DNA of 63,920 nucleotides, filler included, from Octopus bimaculoides (GCF_001194135.2; 8 parts of 7 records of this genome joined end to end with filler, not necessarily neighbours in it), one strand, 5' to 3'; counted from the whole stretch's first letter, positions 12,626 through 25,069 are shown. Made by a program: numbers and translations. The notes: generated by a model not told the origin, from the sequence alone.

Positions 12626-12739
12626 GTGAATGTAATGGTTTTTGTGTGGTTTTAAATAGCTTATAAACACCTTCCACGTTGCAATTGTTTTTGTTTCAGC
12701 ACATGATCTCTAACCAAGTACATCTCCTTAGTATTTATT

Positions 12740-12874
12740 TAGTGTTTTAAATTAATCAAGCATTATATCGTAACTTTGGCATTGTAAGATAGGTGTAATA
12801 GCCAGATCTGGCCGGTTTGATGATAAAGCAGGTAGAATATTTGGGCCTGATAGTTTGGTTTAAATGCTAAAGGG
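12740..12874 (-). mobile_element. Partial piggyBac-like MITE (same family as 29049-29588)
   Basis: Ends ...AAATGCTAAAGGG|TTA; internal GCCAGATC...GGTAGAATATTTGGGCC matches the 29395-29470 region. Confidence 0.7.
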
Positions 12875-13359
12875 TTATGCCTATTTATGGTGAAAATTTG
12901 TCGAGCCCATATATTAAATATTTATAAGTGTATGCATAATAGCTTGAATATATAAAAGCATCTTCTGGTTGATAGCAAACCTAGGAACTATAAACGTCGT
13001 TACGGTATTTACAGACAAAATCTGATGACATTAAACGCATTGGTTAATGCTAATTATTACGGATAACTTTCATAAACAAGAAAATTTCCATTCATTTTCT
13101 CCATTAAACTTCTTGGTTAACCTTAAATACTTTTCTTAACAATGGACATTTTCATTAACGTTGAACATCTTGGCGATATATAAAATTGTTAAACAGTAAG
13201 ACGTGTAAAGGTAATTATTTAAGCTTTAACTAATTCTTGTTCCCTGACTGAAAACACTTGACGTATGTTTCAAAATATGAAATGCAAATAATGTTAATAA
13301 TAATGATCCATTCTAATATACGCACAAATCCTGAAATTGGCTGGTACATATTTTCATCC

Positions 13360-13474
13360 ATTCAGAAGAACAAAAGCTAAAGTCAGCCTCTGCGGGAATC
13401 GAGCCCACGACGTAAAGATAGACGAAATACAGCTAAGCTACGTTCGTGCTAACGATTTGGCCAGCTGACCACTT

Positions 13475-13521
<47 letters not shown>

Positions 13522-13745
13522 AGAAAGGTTTTAAATTTTTGGCACAAGGCCAGCAATTCCGGTTAACGTGGGTAAGTGGATTATAACGATTCCTGTGCTC
13601 AACTGGTACTGATTTTATGGACTCCGAAAGGATGAAAGGCAAAGTCGACCTCGGTGGAATTTGAATTCAGTAACGTAAATACGGACGAACTGCCGCTAAG
13701 CTTCGTGTCCAGCATGCTAGCGATTCTGCCAGCTCACCGCCTTCA
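13360..13745 (-). mobile_element. Two family C SINE copies separated by a (TAG)n tract
   Basis: GGCAAAGTCGACCTCGGTGGAATTTGAATTCAG...GCCAGCTCACCGCC on the plus strand; a second degenerate head at 13360-13475. Confidence 0.8.
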
Positions 13746-14000
13746 TAATTGTAATAATAACAGTAATGATGTTTTGATATTTTCCTATACATGTGCAAAT
13801 ACATGATACAAATGCATCAACCACAGGAGTTAATTTATTTCTAACTACAAATATATAACAAAACAATCCTGCCAATGTTAGTATACACGGGAGACAATTG
13901 CGTATCTATTCATGGACAAGAATAAAACTCTCAGAAGCCTAATTGCTCACGTACAAAATCTCTCCCTTTATTTCTTTCTTTCTTTCTTTCTTTTTTTCTT

Positions 14001-14078
<78 letters not shown>

Positions 14079-14507
14079 GCTCTCTCTCTTTCGAACACAG
14101 ATGTATATATCACATCACACACACATACACGCATATAAGCGCACGGCATACGTACTCGAAAGTCGACAAAACCATACAAACGCTCCCCGCACACACATAA
14201 TATACTAAATTACCGTGAACGTGACTAAATATAAGACACAGTGAAGGAGAGGCGTTAGTGAAAACTAAAGGTAAGATGCAGAAATAAGAAACTTATTTAA
14301 GCACACTAGAAATTCGCTTGCCGATTTGAGTGAAACTATTTCTAATTTTTCGATGACATCAATAAATATTATGTTGCCACGTAAATCTAATTACCATTCC
14401 ATTAATGTTATCAAACTGAAACCGTGTACGTACAGCACACGTGTTTCCCGTTCGAACCCCCACCCGAGAGGCCAACGTTTCTTGACTCCACTTTGTTGAA
14501 ACCTTAC

Positions 14508-14636
14508 AGATTCTGATGAAAATTGTTGTAGGATTTCCGTGGCTGTGTTCGGATTGCGAGTACAATGAATGCAGAGAAAATTGCAGGCGACAATGGAATA
14601 ATGCATTTAAGTGGAGTGTGTATGGAATGGCATCTG
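14508..14636. other. Candidate exon with splice signals on both strands (unassigned)
   Basis: Plus: CCTTACAG|14510..14636|GTAAGG, open frame ILMKIVVGFPWLCSDCEYNECRENCRRQWNNAFKWSVYGMAS. Minus: TACTCCCTCCTTACCAG|14633..14508|GTAAGG, 126 nt, two open frames. No recognised homology. Confidence 0.3.
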
Positions 14637-15098
14637 GTAAGGAGGGAGTATGATACGAAAGTAAAGGTAATGGATATAAAATTTACACACGCAGGCATGT
14701 ACATCCAACACTTAACTTCATGTTCGTGTAAGACTGTGTGTAAGTAATTACCCATTTAGCATGGAGTTTCTTTCTCTGTCTTCGCTTTATTTCTAAACAT
14801 ACATACACACACGTATATATATNNNNNNNNNNNNNNNNNNNNNNNNNNNNNNNNNNNNNNNNNNNNNNNNNNNNNNNNNNNNNNNNNNNNNNNNNNNNNN
14901 NNNNNNNNNNNNNNNNNNNNNNNNNNNNNNNNNNNNNNNNNNNNNNNNNNNNNNNNNNNNNNNNNNNNNNNNNNNNNNNNNNNNNNNNNNNNNNNNNNNN
15001 NNNNNNNNNNNNNNNNNNNNNNNNNNNNNNNNNNNNNNNNNNNNNNNNNNNNNNNNNNNNNNNNNNNNNNNNNNNNNNNNNNNNNNNNNNNNNNNNNN

Positions 15099-15135
<37 letters not shown>

Positions 15136-15399
15136 CAGATAAACGCTGGCAGAGCAGAGGAAATAATATCAATTTTCTTGTGACATGCGTACGTATGGCC
15201 AATGCAATTAATATATACATCAGCATATTTTAACAGTGTATCCCATAATGCTTAGCAAACCACGCACACAGATAGATATAAACGCAAAGAGAATGTCATG
15301 TTCTCTTGTTTCAAACATGAACTAACAATATTCACACATATTTGAAATAAAAATATGTAATAATGGTAATTATACATTATCAAATATATATGTATAAAC

Positions 15400-15507
<108 letters not shown>

Positions 15508-15725
15508 GTGTGTGTGCGTGCGTGTGTGTGTATTTAAATAGGTATTCGAATAAATGACAGTGTACATAAACGTACATACATATACATGCCTACATGTGTG
15601 TGTCTCTTTATCTTGCTGCCTCTCTCTCTCTCTGATCCTCTCTCTCTCCACATCTCTCTCCACCCCTCTCTCCCCCGTCTCTCTCTCTCCCCTCTCTCTC
15701 ACGCTCTCTCTCTCTCTCTCTCTCT

Positions 15726-15759
<34 letters not shown>

Positions 15760-16159
15760 AGAGAGAGGAATGTAAAGAGAAACAGAAAGAAAGACAGACG
15801 GGCATACAGAGACACAAAGATAGAGTCACACGTACATATAATTGTGCGACTACATGTCATAGAGAGTATATATTATTGTGCTTTTATGCTTGGAACAATA
15901 CAGTTAAGGTGATATGTTATATATACATGGAGTACATCATGTATGAACGCATGCGTTCTAATAATATTTTCATATTTGATTGCTGAAAATTTTTTATATT
16001 CGATGCAAGCATTATTTTAAGGTGATACCCTTTTTTGCTATTTCAATCTCAGGTCGACACCATTTATTTCATACCTTCTATGAATGACGTCTTTGCATAA
16101 TACTATGAAAACCACTACATCACATATTATCTCATTAAAAACGTGAATTTTGATCGTCA

Positions 16160-16508
16160 ATGATATGGTTCCAGGTTCCGTGCCACTTCGGAACACCTTC
16201 AACTTGAACAACAAATCTTGGGCCGACCAAAGGCCTTGTGAATGGACTTTGTACATGGAAACTGGAAGAAGCCCGGCAGTACATGCCTGTGTCTGTTTGT
16301 TTATGGGTTTGTTTTTGTCCGCCACCGCCGCTTGACGACTGGAGCTGGCGTGTTTAGATCCCCGTATCTTAGCGATTTGGCAAAAGGAAACCCGATAAAA
16401 TAAGTGCTAGGCTCTAAAAAATAAGTTCTGGGGTAGATTTAATCGACTTAAACCCTTCAAAGCGGTGCCCCTGCATGGCTGAAGGTAAATTACTAAAACA
16501 AGTAAAAA
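16160..16508 (+). mobile_element. Family A tRNA-derived SINE (5'-truncated, diverged)
   Basis: ATGGTTCCAGGTTCCGTGCC...GGAAACTGGAAGAAGCCC...CATGGC...CAAGTAAAA matches family A. Confidence 0.85.
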
Positions 16509-16607
16509 ATGAAAACTAGTTCAATTCACGAACATTGAAATTCATGGGGAGAGAAACCCACAAATATACAGTAAATGAAAGGTAAACTAATATTTTATAA
16601 CATGACA

Positions 16608-16790
16608 GGGCGGTGAGCTGGCAAAATCGTTAGCACACCGAGAAAAATGCTTTGAGACATTTCGTCCATATTCACTATGAGGTACACTTCGACTTTCACC
16701 CCCTCTGTGACGATAAAATAAGTACCAGATGACTACTGGGGGTCGATGTCATAGACTTAACTCATTCGCCGACATTGCTGGCAAAATTTA
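16608..16790 (+). mobile_element. Family C SINE (diverged)
   Basis: GGCGGTGAGCTGGCAAAATCGTTAGCAC...ACTGGGGGTCGATGTC. Confidence 0.75.
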
Positions 16791-17261
16791 TAATCAACGT
16801 TGAATATCAATTCCAAACCCAAGAAATAGACATGATGAGCAAAAACTGAATAGTTTTCTTTCATATTTGGATTTATTTCGTAATTCCAGTGGATAAGAAA
16901 CATATTGAAATATATAGTTTTCGTGAAACTTTCATAGTTTTCCATTTAACGTGTTCTCAAATATGTACAATAAGCTGCGGCACATTTATATATATAAATG
17001 CAGCAAGCTATTTCCACCATAGCACGTTTGATACTTTTGGCTTTTGTTGTAAAAATTACATGATATAAACCCCACAGCGTACTGTAGATATTCCAAAAGA
17101 TTTGTAATACAAATGTAATAGAGACACTGCTTCAAAGTAGTGGATGGTGGTGTGAGCACCTTACTGCTGCAAATCGCAGTATTAGCATAAATTAGCCAAG
17201 TAATTTTCATTAAAGAATTGGAAAAAACTATTTAAAAACTAGTAACTGTGACACTATTGAT

Positions 17262-17650
17262 CATTGAACATCACGGAGTAGTGTTGACATTCCGGAAAAT
17301 TCATATTTTATGTATATATGTACACTGTATTAAAATAGTGATGTCAAGATTCTACTTTCGAAATATGTGCTATAAATGTAAAGAAAGTAATTTGCAATAG
17401 AAAAACAGAATGAGTTATACAGGAATTAGTGCCTGATACACTCTTGAGCATTAAACCCGACGGCATAGTGTTAACTTTTCGGAAAATTTATATTATATAT
17501 ACATAATATAGACGGTATATCAAAATAGTAATGTGAAAATGCTTCTTCTGAAATTTCTGCTACACATGTAAAAAAAAGTAAATAATTTGCAATAGAAAAA
17601 TAAAATTGGTTATTCAAGTAGTAGTGTCTCCTACACTCGTGAGCATTCTT
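17262..17650. repeat. Old tandem duplication, two ~185-195-bp units
   Basis: Both units share TAGTGTT.AC.TT.CGGAAAATT.ATATT, AAAATAGT.ATGT, TAATTTGCAATAGAAAAA and TACACTC.TGAGCATT. Confidence 0.8.
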
Positions 17651-18641
17651 CCAACATCTTGTGTTTAAACACTCAGTATTATAAGCAAATACATCGTTTC
17701 ATAAGTAAAATCCTCAGGCTCAAATAAATAAACAAAATGAAGTATTGTAAACAACGCAAATGAGATTAACTGAATGCAAGAGGAACTGCTGCTTTGAACA
17801 GATGACAAATCATTACTATACTTTCTTCAATACTCAACTGTCTTTTCAAATAATATTTTGTTAATTCGAATGAATAAATCAGAGAAAGAGTTATAACAAT
17901 TCAAAGATATTTTGATCTTTAAAACCTGAAGAAATTAAAAGCAAATATCAACAAGTGTCCAGAGGTATTTCCAGTTTAAATATGTTTGAATAGTTAAATA
18001 TTTTCTTTTAGATTTTCATTTACATTCTTTCCTTTTTTGTTTTTTTCTTATCATAGAAATTATTCTTTTGATGTTCTTTGTTCATAGCATTCTTTTGAAA
18101 TGCATTATATTTTCTGTTTTGTATTATTTGACTTCCAGCAATCTTCTTCTTTTCTCCTTTTTTTCTTTTTTTTTTTGCAGAAACCAAAGAACAAAACAAA
18201 AACACAAAGCCGTTGCATAGAATCGAAACAATTAGTGAAAGAAAATATAAGTATAGTCAACACAAAACATAGTCTTGTACTATTCTTATAGTGAATTATT
18301 CAGTGGCATCAAGCGATTAAAACAAAAATAGAATCGTCACCAAAGTTATCTTATATCGATTTTGATACCAACGTTCCAATTTAAAACAGAACAGCATTTG
18401 TAATTCAGATATTTGCATTCCGGTACTTGAAGTATTCCGGTACACAAACTGTTTGATTCTATTGAGTTGAAATAAAAATTACTATTAGGCAGACTGCCAA
18501 ATAGGTTAATTTTCTGACTAACATTTGAATTGAAAATGATAAAACTTGTCATTATAAAATATTCGATCTTCCCATGTATACATACACACACACATGCGCA
18601 CACATATATTTACATATATCTGTGTGTATGTTTATTTTTAG

Positions 18642-19054
18642 TTTCAGACATTAGACTGCGGCCATGCTAGGGCACCGCTTTGAAGAAGTGTAGTCGAATA
18701 AATTGGCCCCTGTACTTGTTTCCATTTTTAAAAGCCTGATACTTATTCTATCATTCATTATTGCGGAGCCACTATGTTACGTGGACGTAAACACACCAAC
18801 ACCAGTTGTCAAACACACCCACCCACATACACATACACACAGGCACGCACACACACACACACACACACACTCACACACACACACACACACACTCACACAC
18901 ATATATAAACGGCATGCTTCTTTCAGTTTCCTTCTATCAAATCAATTCACAAGACTTTGGTCGTCCCGGGGTGATATTAAAAGTGTAGAAGACACTTAAC
19001 AAAGGTGCCACGCAGTAAGACTGAATCCAGAACCATGTATTTGAGAAGCAAACA
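18642..19054 (-). mobile_element. Family A SINE with internal (CA)n, cut by a gap
   Basis: Reverse complement of the family A body, from CTGCGGCCATGCTAGGGCACCGC to GGTGCCACGCAGTAAGACTGAATCCAGAACCATG. Confidence 0.88.
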
Positions 19055-19719
19055 NNNNNNNNNNNNNNNNNNNNNNNNNNNNNNNNNNNNNNNNNNNNNN
19101 NNNNNNNNNNNNNNNNNNNNNNNNNNNNNNNNNNNNNNNNNNNNNNNNNNNNNNNNNNNNNNNNNNNNNNNNNNNNNNNNNNNNNNNNNNNNNNNNNNNN
19201 NNNNNNNNNNNNNNNNNNNNNNNNNNNNNNNNNNNNNNNNNNNNNNNNNNNNNNNNNNNNNNNNNNNNNNNNNNNNNNNNNNNNNNNNNNNNNNNNNNNN
19301 NNNNNNNNNNNNNNNNNNNNNNNNNNNNNNNNNNNNNNNNNNNNNNNNNNNNNNNNNNNNNNNNNNNNNNNNNNNNNNNNNNNNNNNNNNNNNNNNNNNN
19401 NNNNNNNNNNNNNNNNNNNNNNNNNNNNNNNNNNNNNNNNNNNNNNNNNNNNNNNNNNNNNNNNNNNNNNNNNNNNNNNNNNNNNNNNNNNNNNNNNNNN
19501 NNNNNNNNNNNNNNNNNNNNNNNNNNNNNNNNNNNNNNNNNNNNNNNNNNNNNNNNNNNNNCATAATATATACGTATGTATGTATGTATGTATTTATGTA
19601 TGCATGTATCTATGTATGTATGTATGTAGGTAGGTAGGTATGTATGTATGTATGTAGGTAGGTAGGTAGGTAGGTAGGTAGGTAGGTAGGTAGGTAGGTA
19701 GGTAGGCCCTGTATCAGGA

Positions 19720-20035
19720 ATTCCACATGCAGTGACATCTTCTCCAGCGGCAGTTTGGTGTGTTCAGCTACCAGCTTAGGTTCCGCTGCTTTTCAGGTCG
19801 AGAAAGACAAACTGTTAAGGTATCGGTCGCTCTCTTATAGGCTTATGACCGAGTTTGTGACACAAGAGACCTCCGGCATTCTTGGTCTCCGGACCATATC
19901 CCTGCTCACCGCTGTTGGGGTGGAGATGGCTATCTGCAAGTGCGAGTCCCGAGAGTCAGAGTGGCTGTCCTAGCGCATCTTCCTTTGCCGTCCTCCGGCA
20001 TAACGCCTTTTTAATTTTGTCTGCTGAGACCATGA
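19720..20035 (+). mobile_element. CRE-clade non-LTR retrotransposon, REL endonuclease C-terminal fragment
   Basis: STCSDIFS...LGSAAFQVEKDKLLRYRSL...QETSGILG...SRESEWL/RISFAVLRHNAFLIL, matching the CRE-type K..KY..L / ET.G..G / RLS.A..R.NA pattern. Confidence 0.65.
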
Positions 20036-20551
20036 ACTGGTCTGAATTACAGGAAATCGAGAGAATGTAAGAATTCTGTAGTTTAATTCTCTTGAAACAT
20101 TCAGAGAAATTTAAAAGGCCAAAAATTAACAACTTATGAAAGAAAAACTACTTTAACACACATATTTAGCTTTTGATATCATGGTAGGTAGGTATATGTT
20201 TCCGTATGTATACTTCGGGCCTCCAAGTGTGTGGGTCTATTTTCTCTTTTTTCTGAATCAGCTGTCAGCAGCAAGTCTTTCTCTGTCAGATTGTTAGATT
20301 GACAATAGTTTTTAAGTATTTCAGAATCATTTGAATAATAGATTTATTTCTAAGTACATATTGCTGTTACTTAAAATTCAGCATTATGGAAATGTATCCA
20401 GATGTTCTTGTATACTTTCATATAAAAATATACACAAACACCTTGGATATTTTCCATCTTGACGCTGTAACATTCTAATAAAAATTTCAAAATATAAAAA
20501 TTACAATTAAACCGCCGAATTTATTTTATTATTATTATTATTACAGTACTA

Positions 20552-20715
20552 GAAGGCTGCGAGCTAGTAGAATCGTTAACACGCCACATGAAATGCTTAG
20601 CGGCATTTCGTCCGTCTGAGTTCAAATTCCACCTCTGACTTTCATTCATCGGGGTCGATATAATATGTAGCAGTTCAGTTGGCCCTGTGCAAAATTTGAA
20701 ACCATTGTTACACAA
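20552..20715 (+). mobile_element. Family C SINE with internal deletions
   Basis: GGCTGCGAGCTAGTAGAATCGTTAAC...CTGAGTTCAAATTCC...GGGGTCGATA. Confidence 0.75.
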
Positions 20716-20790
20716 TAGGCATTCGAATAACACATTAACTACCACGGCGATTTTTTCTTCGTCCGCTTTTCCCTTCTTTGGACTTACCTT

Positions 20791-20825
20791 GTTTCCGAGG
20801 AAGAGCACCGCTCGAAACGTCATAT
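20791..20825 (+). ncRNA. Degenerate minimal type I hammerhead-ribozyme-like motif (Penelope type)
   Basis: CCGAGGA-A-[GAGC ACC GCTC]-GAAA-CGTC. The core has U4>C; stem III ACGT is palindromic; stem I is weak. Confidence 0.45.
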
Positions 20826-23269
20826 TCTCTCTCTTTCCTTTCCCGAGCGTCCAGTAACACAAGCTGCATCACGTCCTCACGCTGTCTTTTGTTGTTGTTT
20901 TTTCTTTGTATTTTACCTTTTTTGTACTATATATATATATATATACATGTAATACAGGTTACATATTGTTATATTGGGGCTGAGGTCTCTTTTTGGAGAC
21001 AACGGGTAACCATATACTCCCCCTCCTCTCAGTCATGGTCAAGTCGTTGACGACTAGACCGCTACCCCCTTGGTTCAGCTTACTTCGGAGGAAGATGAGG
21101 ACATGTATCAGAACTAAAAATAAAATCTGTTGAAACAAGGGCACAGGAGCAATACCCTTGTCCCTCACCACACCAGACTAAGACCCCCAACGGTGGGTCA
21201 AGCGGTGGAATCTAGATCTCCGAACTCAACGATTGATCCTACCCGAAGAAGGCCTAGCCAGACGGACTGGCTAAAAAGGCGCAATTCTAATAATATTAGA
21301 GCTAGCGGCATTCCGTTACAACCCATCTTCCGGTCCCCACATTTCACTCTAGTTAGTGCCGCAGTAGGATTTTGGGTGATAGTGCATGGAAGTCCCATTC
21401 GCAGGGAGATCTCCGCCCTAAACAAACACACGCCATTGGTTGGCTACTTTTTTATCCAACTCTTTCTTTCTCTCTTTCTTTTTTCTACAAAAGCCCTTCG
21501 ATGCAAGAATCGGCCTCTTTTGTCATCAGAGGCATACACTCCGATAGAGGAGAAGGAGCGGTCACGAAAAAGTCAAATAAATTATCGGACACACGATAAA
21601 ACGCCGACGACGACGATGACGATTAAAAATATATTTAAAACTTTATCACTAAACTACAACCATTTTCGTGTTTTATGAATCTTTACTAAAGCAATCAAGT
21701 CATTGCCAAAGCAAATTCATAGAATTTTCATTTTGCTTTTGCTTCTATTTCATAACGCTACCTCACTGTGTCACAGAGATCAGACTAAACGTAATTTTTA
21801 TACAAGACAGTATTCAAAGTGTGTTTAATTCACTAGATATTGTATATATGTGCATAAAAAATCCAGACTCTACTTGCTGAAACCACCACCATAAAAATAA
21901 AAATAAAAACATTGGAGGCAGTATTTAACATTCAATAGTTAAAAAAATCAAATACAAATAAAGAAAAAAACAACAAAATGTTAATTTCATTCCATACGAT
22001 TTTATTACGCACCTTACATTTTCAACATCTACATAAGTTTCAACAAAAGAAACAACATTAAAAGAAAATATTTCTTAGAGATGATGGATGAATATAGCTT
22101 TTATATTACACACGGTACCAGACTTGGGTCTTCTCTTATAAGCTTCTTTTTAAATAGATCAATGATACTTCGACTCTAGTATGAACATAGAAGCGGATTG
22201 TGTCACCAGATTTGTTATATAATACTTTTAACTAAAAAGAATACTAATTACGGGTAATAAAATTAGTAAAGTAATAAAACATAGACATCAATTACATAAG
22301 ACTGACTAAACAGTCAACAATTATTTAATTATTCGAATACCTAACAAAGCTGGATGTGTTACATAAGATTAATTTTAAGGATCTGAGCAAAAAACTTTGC
22401 GATTATAAAAATTAGGAGTAATACAAAGTAAAAGGATACTAAAATAAGCATTATTTCTATCTTACTGTTTTATTTCTCATTTTGAAAAATTCATTTTAGG
22501 ATTTAATATTGTTTATATTTTGAACTACATTTATATGGAGGCACCAAAATCCTTTAAGTGCGTAAGGCCTCAATGGTAGCTCAATCATTCAACAAAACAT
22601 AATTGACGATAATAGAAAAATAGTAAGGAGAATAAGGGGACGATCTATAAAGCTTTAATTTTCCCACGTTGATTAGTATAATCTATTAAGTTATGAAACG
22701 TATCAGGAACTGAGCAAGTTTAACAGACACCTTAGTAACTCCAAACGGGCCGTATTCGTATGAAATCTCCTTTAAAACTGTTTTCCCTCTGTTCCTCTGT
22801 TTCTCATAATGATAGATAGATAGAGAGATAGATAGATAGATACATTTCTTTTATTAGCCACACAGGGCTCAACGAAGATGGGACAAATACAATGTAGAGC
22901 TTTTCTTTTTGGGAGGGGGAAGGAAGGAAAAAAGAAGAAAAAAAAAAAATTGGTGGTGTCGATCAAAAGGGATCGTAGGAAGGGAAAAAGGGGCAGTTCG
23001 ATCAAAAGGGATCGAAAAAAAAGAAAAGGAAAGGCCGATCAATAGGGATCGTGTATCACACANNNNNNNNNNNNNNNNNNNNNNNNNNNNNNNNNNNNNN
23101 NNNNNNTTAATTAATTAANNNNNNNNNNNNNNNNNNNNNNNNNNNNNNNNNNNNNNNNNNNNCGTGTTAATGATTCTCGCAGTTTCCACCTTAATAATAA
23201 TAATAAGAAGAAGAAGAAGAAGAAGAAGAAAAAGAAGAAGAGCAACAACAACAACAATAATAATAATAT

Positions 23270-23457
23270 GGATGGAACAAAAATGTCTGTAATCTAATAG
23301 ACATCTTGATCTCTTCTGATCAAAATATTGCATGAGCAGAAATAGTAAAAAAAAACTCTGATAAAGTAAAGAGATCTTGAAATTAAAATATGTGGGATGT
23401 GATATCTGAAAGTGAAACTACTTCCAATAATAATTGAAACATTAGGTATGAAGAAGA
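23270..23457 (+). mobile_element. R4/Dong-like REL fragment; inverted duplicate of 24840-25030
   Basis: Near-identical to the reverse complement of 24840-25030 (about 4 substitutions plus a poly-A length change); reads ...LPIIIETLGMKK. Confidence 0.8.
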
Positions 23458-23690
23458 TTGTAACAATAGACTACAATGACAGAAAAGAGTTTGTAACCAG
23501 CGAAACATCAGGGTATTGCAACAGGAAAGATATAAAAGCACCAAGTGAATCAGAGAGATGCATGTGTTAGCAGCAATAGCAGATTATTGAAGTTGTTGAA
23601 TTTTGTTACCAAAGTTGTGTGGTGCAAGCTCCTGCAGCAAGCTTATTTTAGCTGTGGCACAACTGGTGGTCAGTTACCAGACAAACTATC

Positions 23691-23946
23691 CACTACTGGT
23701 ACACTGTTGCCTACCACGACAAAGGTTTCAGTTGATCTGATCATCGGGACAGCCTCCTCGTGAAATTAACATGCAAGTAACTGAGCGGGCCCTTTGAAAT
23801 ACAGGTACAACTCGTTTTTCCATCTGATTGAACAGGAGCAGTGTGAAATAAAGTGTCTTGCTCAAGAACACAACGTACTGCCAGGAATCGAACTTGTGAC
23901 CTAGGATCATGAACTAAATACCCTAACCACTAAGCCATGCACCTTC
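23691..23946 (-). mobile_element. tRNA-derived SINE (head type 2, tail X) with 10-bp TSD
   Basis: Head GTGAAGGTGCATGGCTTAGTGGTTAGGG...AGTTCGATTCC; TSD ACAAACTATC at 23681-23690 and 23947-23956. Confidence 0.88.
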
Positions 23947-24061
23947 ACAAACTATCTACATATATATCTAATGGCCTGTTAAAGAAAAGGTGCCAAAGAC
24001 AAAATTGTTAATGACAGTCCAATATGCTGTTTATCCAAAAATGGTTTCATTGTTTACAACT

Positions 24062-24285
24062 GGGTTGCCAGTACCACCTGACTGGCCCTCGTGTCAGTGG
24101 CACGTAAAAGCACCCACTACACTCTCAGAGTGGTTGGCTTTAGGAAGAGCATCCAGCTGTAGAAACTCTGCCAGATCAGATTGGAACTGGTGCAGCCATC
24201 TGGCTCGCCAGTCCTCAGCCAAACCGTCCAACCCATGCCAGCATGGAAAGCAGACGCTAAACAATGATGATGATGATGATGGTGG
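24062..24285 (+). mobile_element. Family D SINE/retroposon ending in a (GAT)n tail
   Basis: CTCGTGTCAGTGGCACGTAAAAGCACCC...GCATGGAAAGCAGACGCTAAACAATGATGAT; other copies at 37365-37540 (+) and 42168-42342 (-). Confidence 0.85.
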
Positions 24286-24639
24286 TTTCAATTCCTGGAC
24301 TGGGAAACACATTGTTTCCTTGAGCAATGCACTTCATTTCATGTTGTTGTAGCCTACTAGTGAGTATAATTTAGTAACATGTCCTATGCTTTCACTAATT
24401 GTTTGAGTCTACCTCAGTAGACTCTCTTGGTCACTGTACCAATACTCAGCTGGTACTCATTTACAACTGAGTAGATCAAAACAACATGAAATGGAGTGAC
24501 TTGTTCAAGGACACAATATAATGCCCAGTTCAAGAATTGAAACTATGACAGTATAATCATGAAGCAAATACCCTAACCACTAGATTAGGCACCTTCACTA
24601 TGAGAGACTTTTTATTGAGCTGCTTTATTGAATGATAGC

Positions 24640-25030
24640 TGTTTGAATTGTATCCTGATGTTTGGTGCCGATTACAAAGAATATGTGTTGTTTGAGATGT
24701 CTTATTGGATGGTGACTGCAAGTTCTACTGAACTGAAAGTGCCTAGCATAGGATGTGGTTCTGTGCCAAATAGGGCTGTTTCTTGGATGCTCTGTAGAGT
24801 TGGGAGCCCTGCTATAAATTTCATTTTAGTTTATGATTGTCTTCTTCATACCTAATGTTTCAATTATTATTGGAAGTAGTTTCACTTTCAGATATCACAT
24901 CTCACATATTTTAATTTCAAGATCTCTTTACTTTATCAGAGTTTTTTTTTTTTACTATTTCTGCCCATGAAATGTTTTGATCAGAAGAGATCAAGATGTC
25001 TATTAGATTACAGACATTTTTGTTCCATCC

Positions 25031-25069
<39 letters not shown>

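Noticed and set aside
21495-21545. CTGATGA on the minus strand as a third hammerhead
   Set aside because: No stem II closed by GAAA.
22960-23051. CRISPR array interpretation
   Set aside because: Only three 16-bp repeats in eukaryotic DNA with no cas genes; kept only as a repeat observation.
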